Assembly (NCBI RefSeq): GCF_006345805.1
Contig: NC_043000.1
Span: 129,518,001 to 129,582,000, forward strand
Direction: 5' to 3'
From: Octopus sinensis
Taxonomy: Eukaryota
DNA length: 64,000 nucleotides
Below are positions 1 through 11,341 of this stretch, piece by piece. The first letter of the stretch is position 1. Each line of letters begins with the position of its first letter. A model generated the notes under the pieces. The model did no database searches. It was not told the DNA's origin and saw only the letters and a program-made list of their open reading frames with translations. The translations under genes and the position numbers were made by a program.

Positions 1-928
1 TCATGATGGACATAGATTCGCGGAACAAATTCAAACGTATTACAGAATAATAAAACTTTGATAACCACAAATAATCTCTCATACACAAAATTACATGAAC
101 CAATATAATATAACTGTGTATATGAATTATGTTGATTTTTTCTAACATTATATATAATCGATCCAAGAAGGAAGCTTTAATATAGTCGTTCTCCCTGATA
201 GAAATAGCAACCAAATTCCTTTTAAGTCACCCCAGCATTGCCTTAAAATACAGGTAGAACAAATTCGACAGTTATAGTCTTAGATGTAGAGAAGGCGAAA
301 TATATAAGTAGATTAAATAATATCGGTGTAGTTACACTGAATATATGAAAAAAGAAATCGAGATGGCCACAATTGAAATGCTGTTGCTTGTAAGTCTGTT
401 CAATCGGGGATGACCTTGGACTGAATAAGAACAAGAACAGCATCGTGAATTATAGCTTCATACAGACAGGAGAATAGTGTACAATAGTTTGTAAAAGTAC
501 AAGGAAATGTAATATTTTCAGTCTTAATAATACAGACTATTGTAAAGTGGATATAACAGCTTACAAGGTGTAAATACCTACCATGGTTCTGTCATTATAT
601 GTGTATCTTAGTTTCAGCGCATCACTTCAGATTAAATCTCTTTTTGAAAAGAAGTTACAAAAATGATTTATACATAGAAATAAGATATGTCTTTGTTTTG
701 GTATGAATAAACTGTTTTGTAAGTATGTCGAAGATACCAATCAACACAACATATATGTTATAACGAAGGGAAGACGAAACTTCGACTACATAAAAATAAC
801 AACCCAATTTCTCTTATTGCACAGAAGAAAGTGACGAAAAATAATGGATAGACTATACTGAGTAATGCAGTTCTGAATAAAAAGTCGAGAGTCGAGATAG
901 TCATAACTAGAGTGCCTTAGTGACTATA

Positions 929-1504
929 AGGCGGCGAGCTGGCAGAAACGTTAGCACACCGGGCGAAATGCCTAGCAGTATTTCGTCCGCTGTTACGTTC
1001 TGAGTTCAAATTCCGCCGAGGTAGACTTTGCCTTTCATCCTTTTGGGGTCGATTAAATAAGTACCAGTTGCGCACTGGGGTCGATGTAATCGACTTAATC
1101 CCTTTGTCTGTCCTTGTCTGTCCTCTCTCTGTGTAGCCCCTTGTGGGCAGTAAAGAAATAGGTATCTCACCTGCCGCTACGTTCTGAGTTCAAATTCCGC
1201 CGAGGTCGACTTTGCTTTCCATCCTTTCGGGGTCGATAAATTAAGGACCAGTTACGTACTGGGGTCGATATAATCGACTTAATACCTTTGTCTGTCCTCT
1301 CTGTGTTTAGCCCCTTGGGGGTAATAAAGAAATAAGTATTTCGTCTGTCTTTACGTTCTGAGTTCAAATTCCGCCGCGGTCGACTTTGCCTTTCATCCTT
1401 TTGGAGGCGATAAATTAAGTGGCAGTTGCGTACAGGGATCGATCTAATCGACTGCCCTTCTCGCTAAAAATTTCGGGCCTTGTGTCTTGAGTAGAAAAGA
1501 ATAT
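929..1504 (+). mobile_element. SINE family A head-to-tail trimer (one full unit plus two 5'-truncated units)
   Basis: Head GGCGGCGAGCTGGCAGAAACG and core CCTTTCATCCTTTCGGGGTCGATAAATTAAGTACC (resembles the Deu/Nin SINE domain). Units at about 929-1165, 1166-1338 and 1339-1504. Exact TSD TTAGTGACTATA at 917-928 and 1505-1516. Confidence 0.9.
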
Positions 1505-2689
1505 TTAGTGACTATATCCATTCTTCACGCAAATTTTCAGTGTTGCTTCAAAGAAATTCGACGGAGAATATTGATTAAAGATAAATAGACATCTAGAGCA
1601 AAGAGGCCTTATTATAGCAAATAAAAAGACAACGGAAAAGCAGTAACTTCAGAATACCAGTAATCCACTGGGCCCCTCTGTATTGATTACATGGTTCATA
1701 TATTTTTGGTATGGTACATATGTCTAATACAATTTTGGATAAAGTACAAAAATCGTCGCTTTAAAAATTGTCAGTTTGTACTCCATTGCAAGCATTTTGC
1801 TTCGTCCTTGATAAAGACACTTAATTCTTCTTGTCCATAATTTATGACTTTATTTGAAAACAAAAAACCTAAAAAGTATTAGAAATCAATAGTTTATGAT
1901 GTATTTTTTTTTAAATAAGAGAAGAAAACTAAAATCTTTCTTAGAGGATATTTATCAAAGAGGGCATCCACTTAAATGTGAAAATGAAACAATTTTAAAT
2001 TGAATAAATTGTGACACATTTAACAAAATTTAGTAAGTTTTTAGTAATTTTTTTAGTACATTGAACAAAAACATACACTAAATTAATATATAGACAAACA
2101 TATCATCGTGTATGGTTAATACGCCAGTTTTGGTAGTTCACTCTTTGGAATGAATTCTATGGTCGACAGTTGACTCAGTGAATCCCGCCCACTAAAGAAT
2201 AAGGAAACAAAACAAAAACAAAAAACCCTAACACTCGAAAAGTATAAGACAGAAATAGAATAAAATAAAAATTAAGAGAAAGAAACAAAAAAAAAATGTT
2301 GCTTTAGCTACGAGAACTTTCGATAATGAATGTTGGAAATACGTTAAGTTACGCCAGAGGCTCAAAAGGCTAATTAAGCACAACTAGGTAGAATAGAGAG
2401 AGTCGTGTCAGAGAAATGAATGAATGACTAGATGAGTAAAGGAAGAAATAGGTTTGAGAGAACAAGGACTAGTGATAAACAAAGAAATGGGTGGGAAATG
2501 GAAAGATCGACTGATGTCTAGATATATGAAAGGAGAAAATATAGAAACTAAATAGTAAAAAAAAAATATAGCAACCAAATACTGAGAGATGATAATAATA
2601 TAAATGAAATCTAAAAGTAAATAAATCCAACATTGAGGATAAAAGAAGATTCACTTCTATATCTTCCATATGAGAACAGACAACTAAGT

Positions 2690-3152
2690 GTTATATATAT
2701 ATATCACATACTCCCATAGATATATATGTGTTGTATATATATAATATATGTATGTGGATATATATATATATATATATATATATATCAATACTCCCAGATA
2801 TATATATATATATCTATGTGTATATATATATATCTATGTGTATATATATATATATATAATATATATATATATATATAATCACATACTCCCTATATATATA
2901 TATAGTATATATATATATAATATATATATATATAGTATATATATATATATATATATTTGTGTATGTGTGTGTATCTACAGGTGTGTATGCTCACATGTGT
3001 GCAACACACATTTTAAAGGACACTGAATCATACAGGTACAGTAGAGACGTAACATATATTTACACAACTCAAATATAGACTCATACACTCACGTATACGT
3101 ATATACACATGTATGCATGCATACACACACACATTATATATATATATATATA

Positions 3153-3230
<78 letters not shown>
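2690..3230. repeat. Compound (TA)n/(TG)n/(GA)n microsatellites
   Basis: Directly visible; source of ORFs 2748..3026 and 3028..3438. Confidence 0.95.
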
Positions 3231-4617
3231 CAACACAAATGTAAAGCAAAGAAGAAAGTAACACGGAGAGAATGGTGAATAAGTAACGAAAACGAAAATT
3301 AGAGAAATAAAAAAATAAAAAATAAAGCCACAGAAGAAGAGAGAGTAGCATAGAGCGACGAGAGAGAGTAAAGGAAAGAGAGAGAACGGGAAAAGAAGGA
3401 AAGTGAGGGAGACATTGAGAAAGCGAGTGAGAGATCATACAACTGGAATAAAAGAAATATAAAAAAGAGATGAAAACGATAAAATAAACAGAAAAGATGA
3501 TTCCTTCTCTACACTCTCGAATACATTAAGCACGCATACACATACATTTATATATAAAGGCAAAGGAAAATACAATAAAAGACCAATGAGAGACACTGAA
3601 TAAGAAAGTAAGATAAAGCAAAAACAAACAAAAACATAATGAAACGACCAAACAAACACAGATGTAAAGAGAGAATATAGTACTATTATAAACCAACAAC
3701 AATGAACATTTCTTAAAGAATCCGAATTTAATATCTAAAATTCTGCAATTATCTCTCAGAGTAAAACACTATTGAATAGCAAATGCTTCATTTTCCTTCA
3801 TTATCATAGTAGTTCGATCTGCTTGTATATGTCCAAAGGCTTGCAGACGACCATGGCAAACACGTCTCGTTTGCAACCTCAATAAAACATATTTAGAAGG
3901 TCCAGAGGTTAGGAAAGATCTTTGAATTTGAATGAGGTATTATTCTGGTTCATTCGAGCTAACAATAAGAATTCTCTTTACTTCTATTTCTTTTTCTAAT
4001 TAAAGAAAAAATAGGAAGAAAATCTTTTCGGAATAAATAATCAATTGTATTGTTGATTCTCTTTGCGTATATACGAAAGGAGGTATATAATGCAATGTCT
4101 GCCTATATTTTTGTCATTATCTCTCTGTATATCCACCCTTCTATCAATTTTTGTTTGTCTCCCTCCCGCCCTCACATTCACACAAAACAAGAATTTTGAA
4201 ATATTTCCTGAGATATTGACTTCACATTCTAATCATTATCAACGTGAACTTATATATCTAACTATATCTAACAACACGAACAAAACTATCGGCAAATCTT
4301 GAAAACTATAGAACATGTAAACTTGCATATAGATTTTAAAATCTCGTTTTTCTGTCAATAAGTATTCGGCCAAATATTGACCAAATATTATTAAAAGACT
4401 TAGGTAAAAAAAGAAAGAAAACTAAAACAAATATACACAGAACTTGCAAGTTGAACAACAAACCACGTCTGTATGGATATAGAGCACATACGTGAAAATA
4501 TAGACACACATACACACACATATCAGTACACACTCTCATACACACACACAAATATATGCTTTTGAAATTTTCATAACCGCGAGGTCTTATATTTACATGG
4601 TAAATTGCGTCGTCCCA

Positions 4618-4800
4618 GTTTTTCCCCACAAGGCCTGAAATTTTGGGGGAGGGGGCTAGTCGATTACATCGATCCCAATACTTGAGTAGTACTTATTTTA
4701 TCGATTCCGAAAGGATGAAAGGCAAAACCGACCTCGGTGAAATTTGAACTCAGAACGAACTACACACAAAAAAATGTTACAAATTTGAACTCAGAACGTT
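4618..4800 (-). mobile_element. SINE family A, 3' part with tail type 2
   Basis: Reverse complement of the family A core (GAAAGGATGAAAGGCAAAACCGACCTCGG), plus a short duplication of AAATTTGAACTCAGAACG. Confidence 0.8.
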
Positions 4801-5036
4801 TCGTTGTTGTCGTTCCTGTCTTCTTCTTCTTCTTCTTCTCCCAGTCAGGACTCACGCCATTAGCCATAAAGAATAATCTCTAATTCGAGCCTACTCTAAG
4901 CTACTAAGAATGCATATGGTAACTTGAAGATCCACACACCACACGCGATAGACTGGCGGTTGCATGGGCGCGAAAGCTACGTTCTTATCCTCATTCCGTA
5001 AACGGTGGCTTTTAACGGGTGGAGAGCTGAATCATC

Positions 5037-5320
5037 CTGGGGTACAGAGGATTCACAATCTAGACTAGGGTCTGAAAGTTTACCACACCATAGTGCGTTA
5101 CACCATGGATCCTCTGCTTTGTGACAGAAATAGGAAGAAAGAGTGAGAGAAAGTTGTGGTGAAAGAGTAAAATGGGGTTCACTCGCCCCCGGCGCCTGAG
5201 TCTCGTGGAGCTTAGATGCTTTTGCTCAATAAACACTCACAATGCCCGGTCTGGGAATCGAAACTGCGTTCTTACGACCTCGAGTCCGCTGCCCTAACCA
5301 CTGGACCATTGCGCCTCCAC
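5037..5320 (-). mobile_element. SINE family C (tRNA-like head GAGGCGCAATGGTCCAGTGGTTAGGGCAGCGGACTCG)
   Basis: A/B-box-like head on the minus strand; alignable by eye to 37770-38053. Confidence 0.85.
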
Positions 5321-6029
5321 GTGTTGTTGTTGTTGTCGTTACTGCTATAGGTTAACACCCGCTTGTACATATCGTTAGTCCAAGACATTCATTCCAGTTG
5401 TAGTTATCTCATTTGTTTAAGTATAGTGAGCACATTATCGAAAGTGATCTTTTCTTAGACTGTAATGTTAGAAAAGACCGCTTTCTAAGACAGTTTAGTT
5501 GATATTTCTGGCAAATAAAGAGCGACCACAGAGCAGTTAATTCCTTGGCTTGGCCAAGATTTGCAGCAGAGTTTGGTAGCTATAATCTTGTATTATGGAC
5601 GAGTTATGTAGATTCTAATGTTAGATATTTCTTTTCAGATGCATTATGTTCTCGTGTTTGATGAAACTAAATTATCAAGTGCACATCGTAGAATGTTCAG
5701 GAGCTTTGTTTATAAAAGAGATCGACCAGGCTTTGTGGTTGTTGTTGCTTAGATTCAGTTGAGGCAAGACCCAACAAACATAAGATCAAAGGTATTCCAA
5801 ATCATTTTTACGGATGTGTCCTCACTTTCTATAAAGACAGAAGCGTGTCCCGAGGTAGATTTTTACTACTATTCATAGTAGGTCGAGCATCTCGTAGAGG
5901 CTCTCCTCTACTCGTTGGCTCTTGGAATGGTTAGTTGAAGTTATATATTGGCTGAAAGGCATACCCAAGAATTGTTGGAGAGATATACATGGTAATGTCA
6001 TGCTTGTAAAAGTAGATATTGTATGTGAA

Positions 6030-6260
6030 GTAGCGACACAGTCGTTAGAACGTAGGAACAAAATGTTTTGTGATATTCTTTCCGACTCTTTGCAAACCGA
6101 GTTCAAATTATACCGTGGCCAAGTTTTCTTTTCATCTTTCCAGTGTCGATAAAATAAAATACCAGCCAAAGGTTATGGATTCATTGAATTGCCAGAGTCG
6201 GTTAGAAATATCTTACGGTATTTTGCGTACCGGTTATTTGCGTTCTGAGTTCTAATTTGT
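6030..6260 (+). mobile_element. Degenerate SINE family A fragments
   Basis: Eroded matches to GAGTTCAAATT, TTTCATCTTTCCAGTGTCGATAAAATAA and GCGTTCTGAGTT. Confidence 0.55.
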
Positions 6261-6984
6261 TGTCTGGTTTGACAGCAACACCTGATCGTTTTATGTCAGG
6301 TTTGAGGATAAATTTCTACCTCTCATCAGTTTCAGAAACCTTGGAGAGAAAGAAAATAAGGTCCTGTCTTCTTTTGATCGTCTCTATCTGTCTCTGACCG
6401 AATGATAAAAAAATATTTCCAAACTACACTGGGTTAGATATTGGAAAGGGCTCTATGAACATAACATTTGATGGATCCGCGTATCCGTATGTTTTCGACT
6501 CAATCAATTAATGGTATGCACAATCCATAGGCCGCACAGATTGAAATAAATATCCAGTATGTGTATTTCATGCTTGACATTTTATTATTAGCAGTAGCGA
6601 TCAATATATTATTAGGCCTATTGATTACAAGAATAGAACATAACTGATTGCAGCTTTCTCATTAGTTACTCATGTGAAGCGAAATAGCTACGATAAGGAA
6701 CCAAAATAGGCTCATGATATGTAAACAAGATTCATATCAATAACACATATGGATAAACAGAAGTTAGTAATCTCTAATTCGAAGTGGAGTGGTAAATATG
6801 GCCGATTCGAACTATTGTGTTTATGTACGTTTTGTGTTCAAAATACGTATCAACTGTTAATTTCCTCTCCTCACAATCCAGTAATGTACTGGGATTGATG
6901 TAATCAGAAATTCCCTGTTCTCTACAGTTTTCAGTCATAATACCGCCATCCCACAAAAACCCAGAACGAAAATGATTACAGAAG

Positions 6985-7158
6985 AGGCGGAGACATGGCT
7001 GTGCGGATAAGAAGTTCGCTCTACAATCATGTCATTTTGTGTTCGGTTACACTGCACTACACATTGGGCAAAGGTTATCTACTAGAGTCCTGGGTTCACC
7101 AATACTTTGCGTGTAAAATTTAGCTGACAGAAGCTGTAACGAAAACTATCGTGCATAA
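6985..7158 (+). mobile_element. SINE family B 5' part (OR2/CORE-like), degenerate
   Basis: Head GCGGAGACATGGCTGTGCGG and TTGGGCAAAGG..TCTACTAG, alignable to the full copy at 12949-13344. Confidence 0.6.
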
Positions 7159-7160
7159 TA

Positions 7161-7373
7161 CGAGGGGATGCTGAAAAGTTCCTGGCTTTAAGAGCATCGT
7201 GCAAGGTCTAGTTGGAGGCCCAACTTTCCGAGTTCTTTTACAGGGCTTAAAAAAACTGAAGACCTGCTACAATAATTTGTGAATCTAAGAGGGGACTATG
7301 TTAAATAAAATCATAATTAACTGATCCTCTTGTATTCTCTTTTCTCAAGTCAGTGACTTTTCAAAACCCCTTG
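7161..7373 (+). mobile_element. Tc1/mariner-type MITE (internally deleted)
   Basis: Imperfect TIRs CGAGGGGATGCTGAAAAGTTCCTGGCTT and AAGTCAGTGACTTTTCAAAACCCCTTG. TA on the left, TG on the right. Internal GGGGACTATGTT resembles the mariner transposase C-terminus GDYV. Confidence 0.75.
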
Positions 7374-7397
7374 TGTATACACACACACTCATACACG

Positions 7398-7442
<45 letters not shown>

Positions 7443-7767
7443 ACACACACACACACACACACCACACTCACACACATGTATGGGTGTTCAGGATTCGAGT
7501 GAATCAGGTGCCTAAATATTAAAGCACCAAGTTGGGGTCAAAGAAATAGCAATCGTGTGCAAAACAAAATTTGAGGAACAAATGCGTACATACGGAAGTA
7601 CAGACGGATTTATATTCCAATTTCATATACTATCACAGGCATCCGACTGAATATACCACGAGTTTCAAGGCTGTACCTAGGAACACACACTACTAATTGC
7701 ACTGCACTTAATAGACTCCAGATCAACGCTAACTGCAAGTCCTGAGTAAGGTGAATAATAAAGAAAT

Positions 7768-8018
7768 AATAACAGATGGAAATTGGTTCATTCGCTTCAG
7801 CCGTTTCAAACGAAAATGTTTTTATTTATATTTAGAGTTATTACATCATGCGCAAAAATCCGTGTTCATCAGGTGAATATACACGAATTAAACACTTTAA
7901 AAAGAAACATTACACCTGATGAAAGCCTTTTTTTTCGCATGATATAATAACCTCATTTATCAATAAAGAATTTGTTTGAAACAGCTGTAGTGAATGAACC
8001 AATTTCTATCTGTTGTTA
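7768..8018. mobile_element. Palindromic element with about 115-bp imperfect arms, probably an inverted pair of PLE terminal repeats
   Basis: Left AACAGATGGAAATTGGTTCATTCGC...TTCATCAGGTG is the reverse complement of right CACCTGATGAAAG...GTGAATGAACCAATTTCTATCTGTT. Each arm carries a hammerhead-like motif facing outward. Confidence 0.75.
7911..7994 (+). ncRNA. Minimal type I hammerhead ribozyme-like motif
   Basis: TACAC-CTGATGA(7916-7922)-AAGC...GTTT-GAAAC-AGCT-GTA-GTGAA. Palindromic stem III (ACAGCTGT) and GUA triplet; stem I partly mutated. Confidence 0.6.
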
Positions 8019-8058
8019 TATATATATGTATACATATATATATATATATATATATATA

Positions 8059-8413
8059 TTACAGAGATGTACTTGCATAGCGAGTGACTTGATCTGATAT
8101 CGTGTGCTGGAACGAAAACAATTGCAGCGTGGAAGGTGTTTATAAGCCATTTAAGAAACACAAAAAACCGTTAGATTCACTTCAACATTTAAATTTAATT
8201 TGTCAAATATTTTCGTCGCTTTGAGACCGGGACCTGTTCACTGACAAGCTTCGTGCTGACAAAGAGATGCAGCACGAAGATTTTTCAGTGAACAGGTCGC
8301 GGTCTCAAAGCGACGAAAATATTTTGACAAATTAAATTTAAATGTTGAAGCGAATTTAACGGTTTTGTGTGCTTCTTAAATGGCTTATAAACACCTTCCA
8401 CGCTGCAATTGTT
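8059..8413. mobile_element. Palindromic element, copy 1 (about 140-bp arms, 11-nt spacer, one arm extended), carrying G3:C8 hammerhead-like motifs
   Basis: Arms ATTGCAGCGTGGAAGG...CTTCGTGCTG / CAGCACGAAG...CCTTCCACGCTGCAAT. Flanked by (TA)n; near-identical to 26856-27210 in the opposite orientation. Confidence 0.9.
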
Positions 8414-8589
8414 ATATATATATATATAAGTTATGAGAGGTAATGGTGTCAATAAGACCCAAAGGTGTCAGGTAATGCTGAGTAAGTGCTATGGATAGAC
8501 CATAGTTAAGCTCCAGATTCGGTGATTATGCGAATGAGTCCAACGTAGGTCATATATCAGCATGTGTATATATAACATTTTTTTTCAGA

Positions 8590-8900
8590 ATGAGATATGT
8601 GTGTAGGGTTAAAGCCTGCTCTCTCTATTCGTACAGCCTCTGTAATCTGATGTATTTGGGTATTTTGAACGTGTGGAAGCAATTTTCACACGACATTTGT
8701 TTTTAATAATCCATCGTGTTTCTGTACAGACCTTTGCTTCGTTTCAAAACGTTACTGCTACTATTCTAAGATCCTTTCACTTATACTGGGAGCTGTTCCT
8801 CCTCTATAAGATGTAGTGGCATCCCTACATTGGCTTTCCAGGCATCTTATACGTCACACTGCATTTCTATCTTCGTAGTTAAACTGTGAGTTGCGTGTGT
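8590..8900 (-). mobile_element. Highly degraded RTE-like LINE 3' fragment
   Basis: Minus-strand remnants WKANVGMP, SERILE and KRSKG...TRWI resemble the RTE C-terminal pattern W.GHV.RM...IL...R.RGRP..RW; many stops and frameshifts. Confidence 0.35.
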
Positions 8901-9760
8901 TGATTTTACCAGTAAAATATACCAGTTAAGCATTGAGATCGCTTCAATTAACAACGTTTATTTGCCACAAAAAGTTGTAAACTTGTGTCGATGAAAGAAA
9001 TCAATATTGTATCCACATATCAGACAATATTGATATCAATGTCAGTTCTACACAGCTTAAGACAGGGATATCGAAGTGGTATCTGCTTTCCAGACGAGAC
9101 GTTCGTGGTATCAATAACACATCAACTTAGCAGACGAAATTAATATCAAAATCACGCACGCACACACACAAACACACACACACACAACAAAATTCCTTTT
9201 GATATCTCTAACATAGACGTAGAAGCAAACGACAGTCTGTTTGATATCATACATTTTATCTATACAACAAACGACTGTAATATATATATATATTATATAT
9301 ATATATATATATTATATATCTATATATATATATATAGATATATATATATATATGTATAGTGTGTGCTCCATGAACAGACGAGAATCCAGAATAATCTTTC
9401 TCGGTGTGTGTGTGTATGTATGCATCTATCTATGTATGCATATGTAATGTATATTATATATATTACATATATAATATATATATATATATATAGATATATA
9501 TATATATTATATCTATATATATATATATATATATATATGAATATTCATATGTATATGGGTGTTTAAATGTCGTAGTTAACGTTTGATACTGTAAATCATT
9601 TCATATATTTGTGGGAGAGAGGAAACTACATCAGAATCGTTCATTTTCTCTACTTTTAGTTGTTTGTATCGCTCATTCTGTGTTTCTTTCGATCTTTCCC
9701 TCATTTCCTTCCCATTGCTTTCTACTCACCTCCTTCCCAACCTACATACTCATTTGTGAA

Positions 9761-9955
9761 AATGGGTTTCGTCCTGGCAGATGACCCTTCAGCTTGATAT
9801 TAACAATTCGACGAATAATTGAAGGAGAAACTTATTGAAATTCAGAAACTGCAATATTTGTGGATTTCGTCGGCCTAACGATTCTGCTTACGGGGCAAAA
9901 TGTTTCAAACATGACAGCTGAATGCTGTTCCTCAACTGATGCCAATAAAGTCCAT
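9761..9955 (+). pseudogene. Non-LTR (RTE-like) reverse transcriptase fragment
   Basis: Translates NGFRPGR*PFSLILTIRRIIEG...AIFVDF, matching the conserved LINE RT segment GFRPGRST..QI..LRRIIE...FVDF.KAFD; contains stops. Confidence 0.7.
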
Positions 9956-10231
9956 TACATTTTTTATGCACCCTTTTAAAGCCTAGCTAGGCCCATGGTC
10001 CTGGTTCCCCAGTTTATCGATTGCCATCTCTTTAGAAGTCGATAAAACAACGTACCAAAGAAGTACTGGATCTAAAATATAACTAACCCCACACCTCAAA
10101 ATTACTGGTCTTCTGCTATAATTAGGAACAATTGTTGTCACTGATATTGTTTAGTATCTGTTGTTGTCCTCAGTATGTATTTTTGTTATTGTTTCATCCT
10201 CTCTTTTCTTCAATTATGCAAACATTTCCTT

Positions 10232-10633
10232 CAAGTAAAACCACCAATAGAAGAGAATGTGACTAAGAACTGCGTGTACTCCATCCCATGCAGCTGTGGT
10301 AGCTTATACAAAGGCGAAACATGCAGCCCCCTCAAAATAAGGGTTGAAGAACATCGCAAAGCTGTGACACGGGGAGATAATGATAAATCGAGTATAACTG
10401 ATCATGTATGGAAAATTGGAGACCACCTCCCCTTGTGGGATGAAGTCAAAATAATAGACAGAAAACACCACTGGAAAATACGAAAACTAAAAGAAGCAGC
10501 ACGTATGCTAGGACACAACAACCTCCTAAGCAGACCGAGTGTAGATATGAACAGCACATGGGAACCGATATTAAGGAAGGATAGGAGAATTTTAGATTTA
10601 CAAGCCCTATCCGAGTTCGTTTCCAGGCAGTGA
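10232..10633 (+). pseudogene. GIY-YIG endonuclease domain of a 5'-truncated Penelope-like element
   Basis: CVYSIPCSCGSLYKGET...RVEEHRK...DHV...RKLKEA: VYxIPC-CG-YxGET and R-EH are PLE GIY-YIG hallmarks. No RT upstream. Confidence 0.9.
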
Positions 10634-10637
10634 CCTA

Positions 10638-10714
<77 letters not shown>

Positions 10715-10900
10715 CAACAATAATAATAATGATAATAATAATAATATAGAAAAATACCTTAGGAATGAGAATCCAAGTTCGAAATTTCCCCATAACACCT
10801 GATGAAGGCTGGAGGGTATATCAGCCGAAACGTTGTGTTAACAACAAAGAAGATGAGGACAAATATCTGTCCAATGTAAATAATGCAAATAATGTACTGG
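10634..10900 (+). mobile_element. PLE 3' terminal repeat region interrupted by (AAT)n
   Basis: Follows the GIY-YIG ORF; (AAT)n at about 10638-10748; contains the hammerhead motif at 10793-10840. Confidence 0.75.
10793..10840 (+). ncRNA. Minimal type I hammerhead ribozyme of the PLE terminal repeat
   Basis: TAACAC-CTGATGA-A-GGCTG-10 nt-CAGCC-GAAAC-GTT-GTGTTA. 6-bp stem I, 5-bp stem II, palindromic AACGTT stem III, extra A after A9. Confidence 0.8.
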
Positions 10901-11214
10901 TTTTCATTGTCTTTAAACGAATTTCCTAGCTTGTCGTCTAGTACCAGTCTTTCGTATCTATTATTGTTTTCAACATCCTTCTATTTATTTTTCGATTTCA
11001 TTTGCTCGTAGTTTGTGAGTTGAAAGAATCTGTTTCACAATATTAAATCCCGTTTCCTCCATCGCCTGCCTGCCTGTCTGACTGACTGACTGGTTGTCTG
11101 TCTATCTTTGTCTGTTCGCCTGTCTCTTTGTCTTTTAGTCATCCTCCTCTAAACACACATACGCACACAAATATATACACAGATACGTGTATATATACGT
11201 TCGCAAATGCATAC

Positions 11215-11341
11215 ATTTTTGCCAGCTGAGTAGACTGGAAATAAAGTGTCTTGCTAAAGAACACAAAGGGCCACCAGGAATCGAACTCCAAACCTTACGA
11301 TCATGAGCCGAATACTCTGACTCATAAGCCACGCGCCTTCG
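11215..11341 (-). mobile_element. SINE family D 5' part
   Basis: Reverse complement reads GAAGGCGCGTGGCTTATGAGTCAGAG...GTGTTCTTTAGCAAGACACTTTATTT, like 25645-25980. Confidence 0.7.

Noticed and set aside
6774-6956. Protein-like 60-aa ORF
   Set aside because: No usable acceptor or donor and no recognisable family.
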